Source: Octopus bimaculoides (lineage: Eukaryota). Taken from it: DNA of 48,351 bases. The DNA lies in NCBI RefSeq assembly GCF_001194135.2, contig NC_069000.1:9553365-9601715 (forward strand). Direction: 5' to 3'. Below the pieces are notes generated by a model. That model was not told where the DNA came from. It did not search any database and worked only from the letters and a program-made list of their open reading frames with translations. Below are positions 23,497 to 35,540 of the stretch, one piece after another (position 1 is the stretch's first letter; every line of letters starts with the position of its first letter). Made by a program: the position numbers and the translations under genes.

Positions 23497-25511
23497 CCCC
23501 CCCCAAAGAAACACTTATTTCTTTAAAATAGGTTTAAGACTAATTTTTGTAAGGGGAAGGCTGGTAGCTAACTGGGTCAATCCCAAGTATTAAATCAAAT
23601 TAAACTAATCCTCATAAAAGGTGGGAAATTGGCAAAGTCATTAGTGTATTGGATAAAATGCCTTCTGGTATTTTTTTTCCCGCTTTCTGCTCTCTGAGTT
23701 CAAATCTTACCAAGGCTATCTTTGCTGTTCATCTTTTCTTGCTTGATAAAGTACTAATTAGACTGGAAGAATTCTCAAGTCATCAAATCACATGTCTTGT
23801 AGTGTTTAAATTCAGCATCCTATCACTTGCTCCCTCTTGGCATGAAACAGACCCTTCAGGACCCGGCTAATGAAGACATGTCCTCAGACATGTTCTTGAG
23901 CGAAACACTTCATTTCATGTTTCATGTTGCTCCAGTCCCCCTTTTGATCAGCAGGGAATGTTGGTCTGCTCATCTAGCCAGCGAGGTGACATCTTTCGAA
24001 GACTAAAATGATACAAAGTACATTGTGATCTGCGATGTGTAACAACATCTGACAGTTTGGTCAGTCACACGGTATAAGCTGGTTTGAAAAGGCTCAGCAT
24101 AAACCGGAAAATGTTTGAATCAAGCAATAGAAGCAAGTCTTTAGTAAAAAAGAACTCTATTAATCAATTCAACATATTTAATGTGTGTAGTTGAAATGAC
24201 AGAAGCTGTGGTTTTCGTCTGGAAAAAATCCTTTTATAGACATATTGTGTTAAAAACCATAACATACTTCATATGACATAATGGGAAGCTGATTTTTTAC
24301 TTCTTTTTAGTCATATCATATCTCTATCTATGATCAAATATGCAAAAATACTTACAGTTCTGTATGTATGGTGTTTGTGCCACATACTTGCTTTGAGATA
24401 ATTTGGATATATCATAGGCTGCATCCAAAGATGTTGTACTGTTGTTGATAGCTACATGAAAAGAAAGAAATCGTTCATATCTCTGTTAATTGTAGTTAGA
24501 GAAGTGATATTTAAAGATGTTTTTAGAACGAGTCACTAAGTGAAAGGAACATGCTATAATCTCCATTGATTTGATTAGTTATTCACGTCAATCAACATCT
24601 TACTGTAACATTCTTGTCTATTATTGTTAATCTACCTATGTCTTATAGTACATAACTATGTCTTCCTTTGACATACACATGTCTTATTGTATTTGCATAT
24701 CTGAACCTATTCTATTTATTCAAGTCTTAATGCATCTGCTTGTCTTTTTGTAATATGTTACTTAATCTTCTTATATCTATCTGTGATGCATATAATATGA
24801 AAATAGCCCCTGAAATAGTATAGTGGTGAAGGCATGGCTTTGTAGTTAAAAAGCTTGCTTTGCAACCATGTGGTTTAGAGTTCAGTCCTACTGTTCAGTC
24901 CTACTGTTCAGTACCTCGATCAAGTGAATTTGGTAGATAGAAACTGTGTGGAAACTCATTGCGTATATATGGGCTTGTATGTGTTTGTGTTTGTACCCCA
25001 CCACTACATCTATTTTGCCGAACCACCATGTTATGTGGATGTAAACAAACCGATACCAGTTGTGAAACAGTTGTAGGAGCAAACACAAAGATACAACTCA
25101 TGCATTTATATATACGTATGTATGTATGTATATATGTGTATGTATGTATGTATAAATTATTAAGGTGGTTATTTGCAATTTACAGCTGAAAGGCACAACC
25201 ATAGACATCACTGAAATGACTAAGGGTGTTAGTCAGCATCAGCATTGCTAGAAATAAGAGTCAAAATGATTCTTAGCCATGTGAAGCACCCTCGCTTGCT
25301 GTAGGGAGCTTGTATCCTTTGTTAGTCAGTAGATAAGTGCTTACACATGGATAAGAGTTGTAATAAAAGAGTTAAAACTGAATTATTCTTATTGCAACTT
25401 CCATTGTGTCAGTTTTTGTTAAACTTTGATATCTTAGTCTCATAAGATCTATTTCATAATTCATCTCATAAATACAGAAATATAATGATTTATCAAAGCC
25501 TTTACTATTAC

Positions 25512-25617
25512 CTGTTGTCTCTTTGATAGTTGTTTCGATACCACAAATTGCAATAGGGTGTAACAGAACAAAAAAGGACACTATTTTCCATGTGCAGCTC
25601 TTCAACAATTTAGTCAT
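25512..25617 (-). CDS. Secreted tandem CUB-like domain protein, exon 1 (signal peptide)
   Basis: MTKLLKSCTWKIVSFFVLLHPIAICGIETTIKETT: basic n-region, hydrophobic core; GTAATA donor at 25511 (phase 1), matching the phase of the next exon. Confidence 0.68.
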
Positions 25618-26403
25618 CTTTTTTTAAAAGAACAGCATAAAAATTTCTGAACTTCTGAAAAAAGATAATTTATTTAGTAAATGGAATAATAGATTGACAT
25701 TTGTTAAAGATGGAATTAACAAGAAATAAAATCTCGTTCAAAAGAATTTGTTTCAATAGTTTACCATGCAATTCATGTGAAATTATCTCATTGTTACTGC
25801 AAAATCTATGGATAAACTCTTGCCTTTTGAAGTACAGTTTTTATGAAATAACAAAAAAAAATATTTTGTAAAAGTTTTGGTTATTTTATTGTTTAATGTC
25901 CTCCTTCCATGCTGGCAGGCTCACCCGAAATTTGAAATCAGTATCAATATTCAAATATTAATATATTCAAATATTTAAATTAATACTAAAATATTAATTA
26001 AAAAAAAAAAGCATCAGTAAAACTGTACAACAACCAACAAAAGCAACCAACACCAAAAGGCTATGTTAAACAAGAGACAAAAATTGCTGCATTGTAAATG
26101 GTTGAATTAAACTGAAGACTAACCCCCTAAGAAGGGATTAATTTTCCTTCTTTATAAAAGAAAGGGCTGAATTAGTCTCGTGATGAACAAAATACCTTGA
26201 CAGTCTATTTCGTTTTTAACCTTGAAATACCCTGACAGTCTATTTCGTTTTTAACCCCAGGTTAACTTTGATCATGCATACCTATGACCAAATGCATGCC
26301 AGCTGTGACCATCTCATCTGTTTAGAGATATCAGACTACATTATCTAATGCGTCCTCTTTTTCTTTAAGATGGCAGAATGCAATTTGAAAGAGATTTGGC
26401 TCT

Positions 26404-26574
26404 NNNNNNNNNNNNNNNNNNNNNNNNNNNNNNNNNNNNNNNNNNNNNNNNNNNNNNNNNNNNNNNNNNNNNNNNNNNNNNNNNNNNNNNNNNNNNNNNN
26501 NNNNNNNNNNNNNNNNNNNNNNNNNNNNNNNNNNNNNNNNNNNNNNNNNNNNNNNNNNNNNNNNNNNNNNNNNN
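26404..26574. other. Assembly gap (other gaps: 4116-4319, 6795-6804, 33222-33589, 38952-39023, 46656-46702)
   Basis: Runs of N; most border microsatellites or a palindrome. Confidence 0.99.
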
Positions 26575-26631
26575 ACAAGACAGTGAAAGTGGACAGTCAT
26601 TTACATGTGAAATAAACAGGTAGGCAGACCA

Positions 26632-26672
<41 letters not shown>

Positions 26673-26683
26673 CACACACACAT

Positions 26684-26721
<38 letters not shown>

Positions 26722-27484
26722 CATTAATAAGCTCACACTGTACACAGTGAGATACATGCATATCGCTATGTATCTACACACATTAACAACTACATAGAAA
26801 TACACACACACACACACACAGAGGCATGTACACGTGGACACACACACATTTACGCTTGTACTCACAGAGACATGGATACACATACATATGCACACATTGA
26901 CAAACACACACATGCATAGACGTTTGCATAGATGCACACACATATTTGGTTTCACAAGCTCTACAGATGCATGCATTCATAATACTTGCATACATCCATC
27001 CTGCATGTCTTGATGCACATAATCCGTGCAAAAAACACAAGAAGATCAATGCACATTTATGTATGTGAGAGAGAGAGAGAGAGAGAGAAAAAAGGAAGAA
27101 ATAACATTAAAAAGTGTGTTAGAGTGATATAAATGGATATGCAGAAAGATGGTGGGTAGATAGCTCTTGGACTAGGTAAGATCAACCATAAAATATACAT
27201 CTGTATGAATCACAAAAGTAGCTGGAGGGTATAAGATGGAGTGGTTTCCTCAGGATTAGCAGATGCAATGTCATGACAATATGATAGGTTAACAAAAGAA
27301 CATAGAATGCAGCAGTTTATTTTAATCAGTCCCGTGATATATTACTCTGGAATTTCCATGGTATGCCCATGCCACCATTTCGTTAGACAAGTCAGACCAG
27401 GCAGGTTTGACTTATATTAAGAAGCGGCAATACTTCATGGAAACTCCAGAGTAACAGGCTAATGGATTGACTTAAATAAGCTAC

Positions 27485-27516
<32 letters not shown>

Positions 27517-28529
27517 ATGTGTATACAAACAACTAATATAAACTGATTGGCAAAAGCATAGAAAAACATTTTAGCTTACAGAGGCATAGAATAATGTGGA
27601 ATATTTATGTTAAGTATGCTGTAACAATAGTGTAAAATAAAAATTCATAAATACTAAAAAAATAAAAGAGATACATAGATTGAAAGAAGCACATATATAG
27701 AAATAAACAAGTAAAGTGATAAAGAAAGAACTAAGATAAATTAATCTAAACATAGACTAATATGTACAGAAAGTGTACCTTCTGATAGCCAAATAAATAA
27801 AATTGTGTAGGAAGATGATAGCCAGATAAATAGCACTGTGTAGGAAGATGAACTGTGTAGGAAGATGATATTTATGAATTTCTTTAACATGCAACAATAA
27901 TAATCCATTACTTAATTCCACAAAACCCAGCACAAAATTTTTAGTTAATCATATCTGTTATTTATGGATATCAACAAAGTTATTAGATAAAGATATCTAT
28001 TACTTATGGATGAGAATGTTTCATTTGTGAGTAGTACCTGTGGTAAACTTATCCGCATCAGAGGACAGCTCCTGGGAATACGTAAACCACCGTATTCACC
28101 ATGTCTAAACTGGCTTGCAGCATATAAGTAATTTGAGGATAATCCTTTTTTAAACTGCTTGTTTATCTCAGTGGTTTCAGACAACAGCTTCTCTCATCCA
28201 CATGTTATTAAAAACCTGCGGATTATGTGTTTACTTATGCTTATGTATCTTATGATATGTGTTTTTAAATTCACACTCACACACACACACACACATTGTC
28301 TGAATTTGTGGGATAAAAAATTATTGTTATATATTGATAACAATGCAGTGTGAGAGAGGTATTTGAGGACATGTTTGGAAATTTAATAAAACAACTTTAA
28401 TCTAGCAAAAACCAAATGCGTTTTAATAAAATAATTGTGCAAATGTTCTTGATAAGCATTCATATGAGATAATTCTATGTATCAACCTTCAGCTTCAATA
28501 ACTGCTTCAATGGGACTAGAATTGTCGAC

Positions 28530-29230
28530 ATGCTCTCACCTAGCATTCTTTATTCATTTCAGATATTACTTGGACAATCGCAGCGTTCAGTGAAGCTATG
28601 ATATTGTGACAATGCTGTTTGTCTCCCTTCAACAATGTTCCAAATGGAGGGATTTAAATCTGGCAAATTTCTGAAGATCAGAAATTTGGTATTCCATGGT
28701 TGTAAACATTGTCTGACATCCAATCTTGTGTTATGAGGACATTGTGAGAAGGTTCTGAGTCTTGATGAAGCATATATAAACTTCCATTGCATACTTCATT
28801 CATCGTAGGCTTAAACAACTGTCTCCAGCACCTCAACATATCCTGCTGCATTAATTCTAAAACCCTGTAGAAAGATGTGAGGTGGCATGACATGACCTTC
28901 ATTACTCACAACTTCTAAACCCATCACAGCTGCTGGAAATTTAGTGTGTATCACTCTGCAGCCATTAGAAAGATCTGCACATTACCATGGTAGACTTTGA
29001 TCTTGGCCAAGGATTTTCTCACCAGAGAAGAACCAAGCATGCTATGTTTGTGAGAGGTCTTTAATCTTGGCACAAATCAAATGATTTTCCTTTGTCTTTA
29101 CAAATATGAATCAGCCACTCCTCAGTATATGCGACCTGTACCGAATGCCTTCATGCCTCACAGTGTTGATAGTCCATTCCAACACATGAAATTCTTTTGG
29201 TAATGGTCATTGAGGCACACAAACCACCAC
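28530..29230 (-). mobile_element. Decayed Tc1/mariner transposase (DD37D/maT-like)
   Basis: Frameshifted fragments WFFSGEKI (SDEK), KFPAAVMGLEVVSNEGHVMPPHIFLQGFRINAAGYVEVLETVV, LHQDSEPSH (QQDSAPAH) and NLPDLNPSIWNIVE (SPDLNPLDYxxW). Multiple stops. Confidence 0.85.
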
Positions 29231-29519
29231 ATCACTGGACCTTCTGGAGGAAATGATTATTGGTTATCAATTGAATGGACACCCAGTTCAAATGCAATTG
29301 GATACTGGCATTACATACTTGCTTCACTGTTAACAAATTTATCATTAACCCCTTTTTGGTCAGCTGGAATGTTGATAGGCTGACCAAGATATTCTCATGG
29401 GATGTGACCAAATGAGGTTTGTTTTGCAACATAGCCCTCCTTGTGGTCCACCCATATGCAATTGGATGCAGGTATTACATTCTTCATTCTTGCTTCACTG
29501 TTAACAAAGTTATCATTAA

Positions 29520-29836
29520 CCCATTTCGTTACTAAATTTCTGTTGAAATATATTGCCTTTGTTTGAATTAATTTTGAAAATGGTCAAGAATTTAGTAAAA
29601 ATAAATTTGCCATTATTAACGCTTTTGATACCAACTCATCTGAGATTGCACCTGATTCTATGATACAGTGATCTGATCTGAAAACTTTCCATCAAAATTA
29701 CATGTTAATTTATGTTCAAAACATCAGCTTGATAATGACAAAGTTATTTTACTAAATTCTACATTATTTTCAAAATTAATTGAAAAAAAAAAAAAAAAAT
29801 GGTGCGCATTTCAGCAGAAATGTGATAGTAGAAGGG
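29520..29836. mobile_element. piggyBac-like MITE (degenerate; related partial copy at about 19640-19866)
   Basis: TTAA-CCCATTTCGTTAC ... GTGATAGTAGAAGGG-TTAA. The internal sequence is similar to 19640-19866, which also ends AAAAGGGTTAA. Confidence 0.65.
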
Positions 29837-30394
29837 TTAAGCTGGTGTATGGAATGTAAATCACAAGACTTTGGCCTGTCTGGGTCCATAGTAGAAGACC
29901 ATGTGGTTAGGAAGTAAACTTCTTAACCATACAGTAACGCCTGCGTCCCTCTCTCTCTCTCTGTAAAGTTTTAAAAAATATAAGCAGAACAAGATGCAAA
30001 CGTTCATAAATATAAATTTTATAGAAATACACAACTAGGTGCAATACTTGAAAAGTTATTTCTCTTCTACATAAAATAACCAGTCTATTTCACTTTTATT
30101 TTCAAACAAATTTGTGGCCTTGATATTTATGTCCATCACAGCCTCTAAGATTAAGTGCAATTGTTAGCGAACCTGCATATATTCTTTACCTTTAGATGAA
30201 TGTTTTGTGGTTTTATTCTTGATCAGCTTCGTTAGCAATAATAACAGTTACTTCCCTTAGACTCAAAATTATTAGCTGTCCGTTGTTATTTCCCTTCAAT
30301 TTCAGTTTCTTTTGATTAAAAAAGGTAATATCAGACATAGATTTCATGTGTGTGTGTGTATATATATATATATGTATATATATGACGATGATGA

Positions 30395-30810
30395 TGATGT
30401 TGTTCATCATCATCGTTTAATGTCCGCTTTCCATGCTGGCATAGATTGAATGGTTTGACTGAGGACTGGCAAGCCAGGAGGCTGCACCAGGCACCAATCT
30501 GATCTGGCAAGGTTTCTACAGGTGGATGCCCTTCCTAATACCAACCACTCCAAAGTGTAGTGGGTGCTTTTTACATGCCACTGGCATGAGAGCCAGTCAG
30601 GCGATACTAGCATCGACCATGTTTGAATGGTGCTTTTTACGTACCACTGGCATGGGAGCCAGTCAGGCGATACTGGCATTGGCCACACTCAAATGGTGCT
30701 TTTTATGTGTCACCGGCATGGGAGTCAGTCCGGTGGCACTGGCATTGGCCATGCTCAAATGGTGCCTTTTACATTTGATGCCAGGCGGTACTGGCGTCAG
30801 CCACAACAAC
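30395..30810 (-). mobile_element. SINE with about four internal tandem subunits of about 60 bp
   Basis: CATCATCATCGTTTAATGTCCGCTTTCCATGCTGGCAT (reverse tail) followed by repeated GGTGCTTTT..TG..AC(C/T)GGCATG..AG(C/T)CAGTC.GG.G..ACT.GCAT units. Confidence 0.75.
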
Positions 30811-32818
30811 AATTTTACTTGACTCATATATACATATATATATATCTCAGAATTGGCAATTATTTCAGACTTGCTCATGAGTACACTTTTGCTAACATCA
30901 GCTGTATAAAACTTTGAGGTACCAAAATATTATATGCACTCATGTACATACAAATTCATATATTATAATAAAAACATAAGTATGATGAAATTTGATCTCT
31001 TTTTTTATTAATGATTTTTCAAATTTTCCTTTTAGTTCTTTATATTATGGTTTGAAACAGTAATATTCCTAAATCCATTTGCTACTTCGAGACTTCCACA
31101 ATCTTATATTTTTTAAACAAAATAACAGCCAAAGATCCGTCAAATTATACTGCCAGAGTGAAGAATAGGATAGTCATAGCTGGTATGAAATACCTCTGAT
31201 GCTAGATTTGTTCAGTCGGGGCTCACCTGGAATTAGCCAATGACAATGACCAGGTCAATGTGGCAGCATATCTTAGTCAGTAACAACTGAGACACAAGAC
31301 CAGTGGAAATGGATCAAATCTCAGCTAGCCACATGTTCTATGTATGGTTATCTTTATAGAACTGTTCAGAATCTGAAAGTAGAAAGAAAAGAAAAAGTTA
31401 AATATACATGGTTAAGAAGTTTGCTTCCCAACCACATGGCCTTGGGTTCAGTCACACTGTGTGACTCCTTGCTCCTTCGGTAAGTGTCTTCTACTATTTC
31501 ATCAAACCTTGTGAGTGGTTTTGGTAGACAAAAACTGAAAAGAGCCTGTTATATATGTGTGTGTGTGTGTGTGTGTAATCATCATTATCACCATTGCTTT
31601 AATGGCTGAATTTCCCAATTCGCATGAATTAGATGGAATTTATTGGGGCAGATTTCCTATACCTAGATGCCCTTCCCATTGCCTTATGTATTTCCAAGCG
31701 AGGCATATCTTCACAGAAGATTGGAAACAAAGGATACTGCTTGTATGATGTTGACTCTCGTGTACAACTGTCACATGAAATCAAGACAAAGAGACAGAAA
31801 CGCACACATACACTCACGCAACATATATACAGAGTCCACCCCAAAAATGTATACACTTTTCAGGGATTGAGAAACATGAAGAAATATCTTAGCATTAAAT
31901 TTATTCAGACATTACAGGATTAATACAAATATTTTGTTTTGAATAACTGTCCTACTTGTATACAAGAGCCAATAAGAGATCCCATACGTGGTCACTCGAT
32001 TTGCTAGAAATAGCAGCAAAATCTTATCCAAATCGAACTCTACCATATTAAATGGTGAGGAGGAGAGAGAGATATTGGATAATATAGTCTTAGACGCACT
32101 TCTAAAAGTAATAAAGCAAGAATGCCTTTTCATCAAAGGATTATGTAGTTCTAGATATATTCCTGAAAAATTTGGAGCCGGAATGTCTTTCTTTCCTTAT
32201 TGATAATAGTTGACCTGGGTTAAACAACAGTCGTTTTTGTTGTGATTACTGTTCATAGATCCCAAGTCAGCTCTGAATGAACACCTCTAAGATTAAAGAT
32301 GTTCTAGCTGAGAAAATCCTGTCGTTTTCGTATATCGAAGACTATATTGACCAATGTTGTTTTCCCTCTCCGCATTTTTTTTTTCCTCTTAAGATGTTAA
32401 GATGTGATTTAAAGAAGATTTAGTTGTTAGTTCTAGCAGCTGGAGCGACCGCACAGAGGTTCATCACGTTTGTTTGCGCAAGTACATCTATTCCGTATAT
32501 GTACGTGTAGGTGGGGGTGGAGTAGTGTGTGTGTGTGTGTGGGGTACAGTTAGCAGAAACCGCTGAGTACCATAAGGTTCTCTATGTGATCGATCACGCA
32601 ACCTGCTAAAAGTCTCTTTCAAATCACATCGTAAATAAAAATGAAAATGAACGGAAGGGTATATTGGATAATGCAGTATAAGAGAAACTGTCTGACAAGA
32701 GGAGACGGTCATGGTTAGAATGCCTTTGATCGTAGGTGGTCGGTCTATGTTTGATCGTGGTTAACGCGACGGTAAAAAGAACAAAACAAATTCTCCATAT
32801 GAAAATTGGCCTTCGGCG

Positions 32819-32875
<57 letters not shown>

Positions 32876-32879
32876 ATTG

Positions 32880-33099
32880 TGTCTGGGGAGGGTCTTCTCT
32901 TTTAGTGCCTTATTACTTAACACAGTCACCGGTTCGATTTCCACTCGTTTACTTATATATTTTTTCTAACGAATATATGAAAAGGTTGCAAGACTCAACG
33001 AAAATTTTACAAAAAAATTAATAAGTAAATGAGTGGAAATCGAACCGGTGAGTGTGTTGTATTAATAAAGCACTAAAAGAGAACGACTCTCCCCAGACA
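32880..33099. mobile_element. About 220-bp foldback MITE next to (CTAT)n
   Basis: Arms 32880-32956 and 33021-33099 are about 77-79-bp inverted copies (GTCTGGGGAG.GTC.TTCTCTTTTAGTGC..TTATTA..AACACA.TCACCGGTTCGATTTCCACTC.TTTACTTAT) around a 64-bp AT spacer. Confidence 0.8.
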
Positions 33100-33710
33100 A
33101 AAAATAAAATATGCTTCAACACACGAATTCACATAAAGAATCTTGCAAACCAAAAACGAAATACATGTATGTATGTGTATCGGTATGTCTGTCTGTCTGT
33201 CTCTCTCTCACTTTCTCTCTCNNNNNNNNNNNNNNNNNNNNNNNNNNNNNNNNNNNNNNNNNNNNNNNNNNNNNNNNNNNNNNNNNNNNNNNNNNNNNNN
33301 NNNNNNNNNNNNNNNNNNNNNNNNNNNNNNNNNNNNNNNNNNNNNNNNNNNNNNNNNNNNNNNNNNNNNNNNNNNNNNNNNNNNNNNNNNNNNNNNNNNN
33401 NNNNNNNNNNNNNNNNNNNNNNNNNNNNNNNNNNNNNNNNNNNNNNNNNNNNNNNNNNNNNNNNNNNNNNNNNNNNNNNNNNNNNNNNNNNNNNNNNNNN
33501 NNNNNNNNNNNNNNNNNNNNNNNNNNNNNNNNNNNNNNNNNNNNNNNNNNNNNNNNNNNNNNNNNNNNNNNNNNNNNNNNNNNNNNNNNTATATATATAT
33601 ATATATATGTATATATAGGACAATCTGTAAGTTGTCATCATAATACTGAGTTTCAAATAGCGGAGCTGAATGCTTCTAGGCATTTTTCATCAGTTATTAA
33701 GACAATGTAT

Positions 33711-33757
<47 letters not shown>

Positions 33758-34368
33758 TTAAGAGGTGCCCCGGCATGGCCGCAGTCTAATGACTGAAGTA
33801 AGTAAAAGATAAAGATATATACACACATACATATGTATGTATATATTAAAAATGATTGTAATAATTTCTTTATTGACCACAAGAGCTGCAAATAGTAATA
33901 TAACAATGATTTTTGATTTGGGTAAAAGACCAACAGTTTAAAGCGGAGAGATTAGTTGATGCCATTGAATCTTGCACTAATAATGAACGGTTCGCGGATT
34001 ATATCCAAGACTAACAAAAAGAAAAAGAAAAAGACTTAATACAAAGAAGAGTAGAGAAAATAAAATTTATCTAATTTATATAAATGACTACCTTCCAGGT
34101 ATTCACACACACACACACACACATATATTTACACGTACACACTAAACTGTCTTATTTATTACATAATACATACACACTGTTTTTTCATCCTTCCCCCTTT
34201 AGTGCTGTTAGTATATAAACATTTGTGTTCCCTTATTAGTGAGTGTTTTAGGAAATTCTATGTAACTGAGTTTATACAGATACTTTTTTAGTGATTATAC
34301 ATAGATACACACATACATACATACATATATACATCATATATACATACATGCATACATACATACACATA

Positions 34369-34632
34369 CCCTGTTGTTGATGTTGAAATTCCAAAGAAGG
34401 AGCCTTGAATCTAGGTTAGAAACCGGCTCTTTCTGTATTGGTAAGAAATCATGAAATAAAACTGAACAATGACATACATACATACATAAATACATACATA
34501 CATACATAAATACATACGTACATAAATACATACCCTGTTATTGATGTTGGAATTCCAATAAAGGAGCCTTGAATCTAGGTTAAAAACCTCTCTGTCTATT
34601 GGCAAGAAATCTTGAAATAAACTGACCAATGA
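34369..34632 (+). repeat. Two tandem copies of an about 100-bp unit separated by (CATA)n
   Basis: CCCTGTT(G/A)TTGATGTTG(A/G)AATTCCAA..AAGGAGCCTTGAATCTAGGTTA(G/A)AAACC...GAAATAAA.CTGA.CAATGA at 34369-34472 and 34533-34632. Confidence 0.85.
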
Positions 34633-34994
34633 CATACATACATATATACACACACAAACACATACATACATACTTATATACACACATACGTACATACATA
34701 CGTACATACATACAAACATATATACACACACACATACATACATACATACATACATATATACATATATACATACATGCGTACATATGTGTGTGAACGTGCG
34801 TTTGCGTGTATTTATATGTGTATAATATGTAAGACATTTAAATATTCATTGATATTAAATTGTCTTAAACAAAGCATAATGAAGCACCTTAATGTACCTC
34901 TATGTGTGCGTTTATGGACCACACTAAACCACGAGTGCCATTAGATCTGTAGTGCAAAAATGATTTATGTATTTTGCCATTTTAATATATCAAA

Positions 34995-35540
34995 GAGCGA
35001 ACCTCTACGTGGTTCTCGACCTGCTAAAAATAGTAGCTAAATCACCTTCAAACAACACCGTCTTAAAAATGTCTATTGTATAAGGCAGTTCTAGATAACC
35101 CTCTAAAGACAGGATGGTCACAAATGGAACGTCTTTGATCAGTAGATGAACAAAAGAACACCAAACAGAAATAGCAACCAAGTCGTCCCAAAATCGTACC
35201 CTATCGTCCTACAAAAAGAGGGACACGTCAGATAATGTATTTCTAGATACAGTGTATAATGAATAGTGTTCGAGATGATCACGGTTGGAACGCTTCTGTT
35301 CGATCACTGCTGACACTAGACAACAACAACGTCAGACATCAAAAGTAACACAAGTCTCTAATGATCACTCAACATGCTAGAAATAGTAGCTAAATTTTAC
35401 CTTAAAATACACCATAATGTCTTTAAAAAAAATGGAAGGACATTAAATAATGTAGCTCTACCTACCCTCAAATATATGGGATGGTCACGGTTGGAATGCC
35501 TCGATCAGAGAGAACCTGGTGTTAAACAACATCAAAAGAG
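34995..35540 (+). repeat. Three head-to-tail degenerate copies of an unclassified dispersed repeat
   Basis: The motifs (CT)AGAAATAG(C/T)AGC.AAAT, GATAATGTA.T.CTAGATA and GGTCACGGTTGGAA(T/C)GCCT recur three times. Further copies at about 6590, 16865, 31080, 31985, 32240, 32565 and 39925. Confidence 0.65.

Noticed and set aside
26331-27049. Long ORFs (e.g. 203 aa at 26365-26976) rich in C/V/Y/M/H/T
   Set aside because: Translations of (CA)n/(TG)n microsatellites and N gaps; no splice-supported or domain-like content. The same applies to ORFs at 33052-33761, 34334-34837, 38746-39915 and 46304-47496.
27945-28184. 79-aa minus-strand ORF with RHGEYGGLRIPRSCP as a possible upstream exon
   Set aside because: No recognisable motif, weak donor (GTACTA), and the CUB-like gene already has a signal-peptide start at 25617. 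A 5' UTR exon cannot be excluded but is unsupported.
34369-34632. Repeat-spacer appearance suggesting a CRISPR array
   Set aside because: Eukaryotic DNA, only two units of about 100 bp, spacers are (CATA)n microsatellite, and there are no cas genes.
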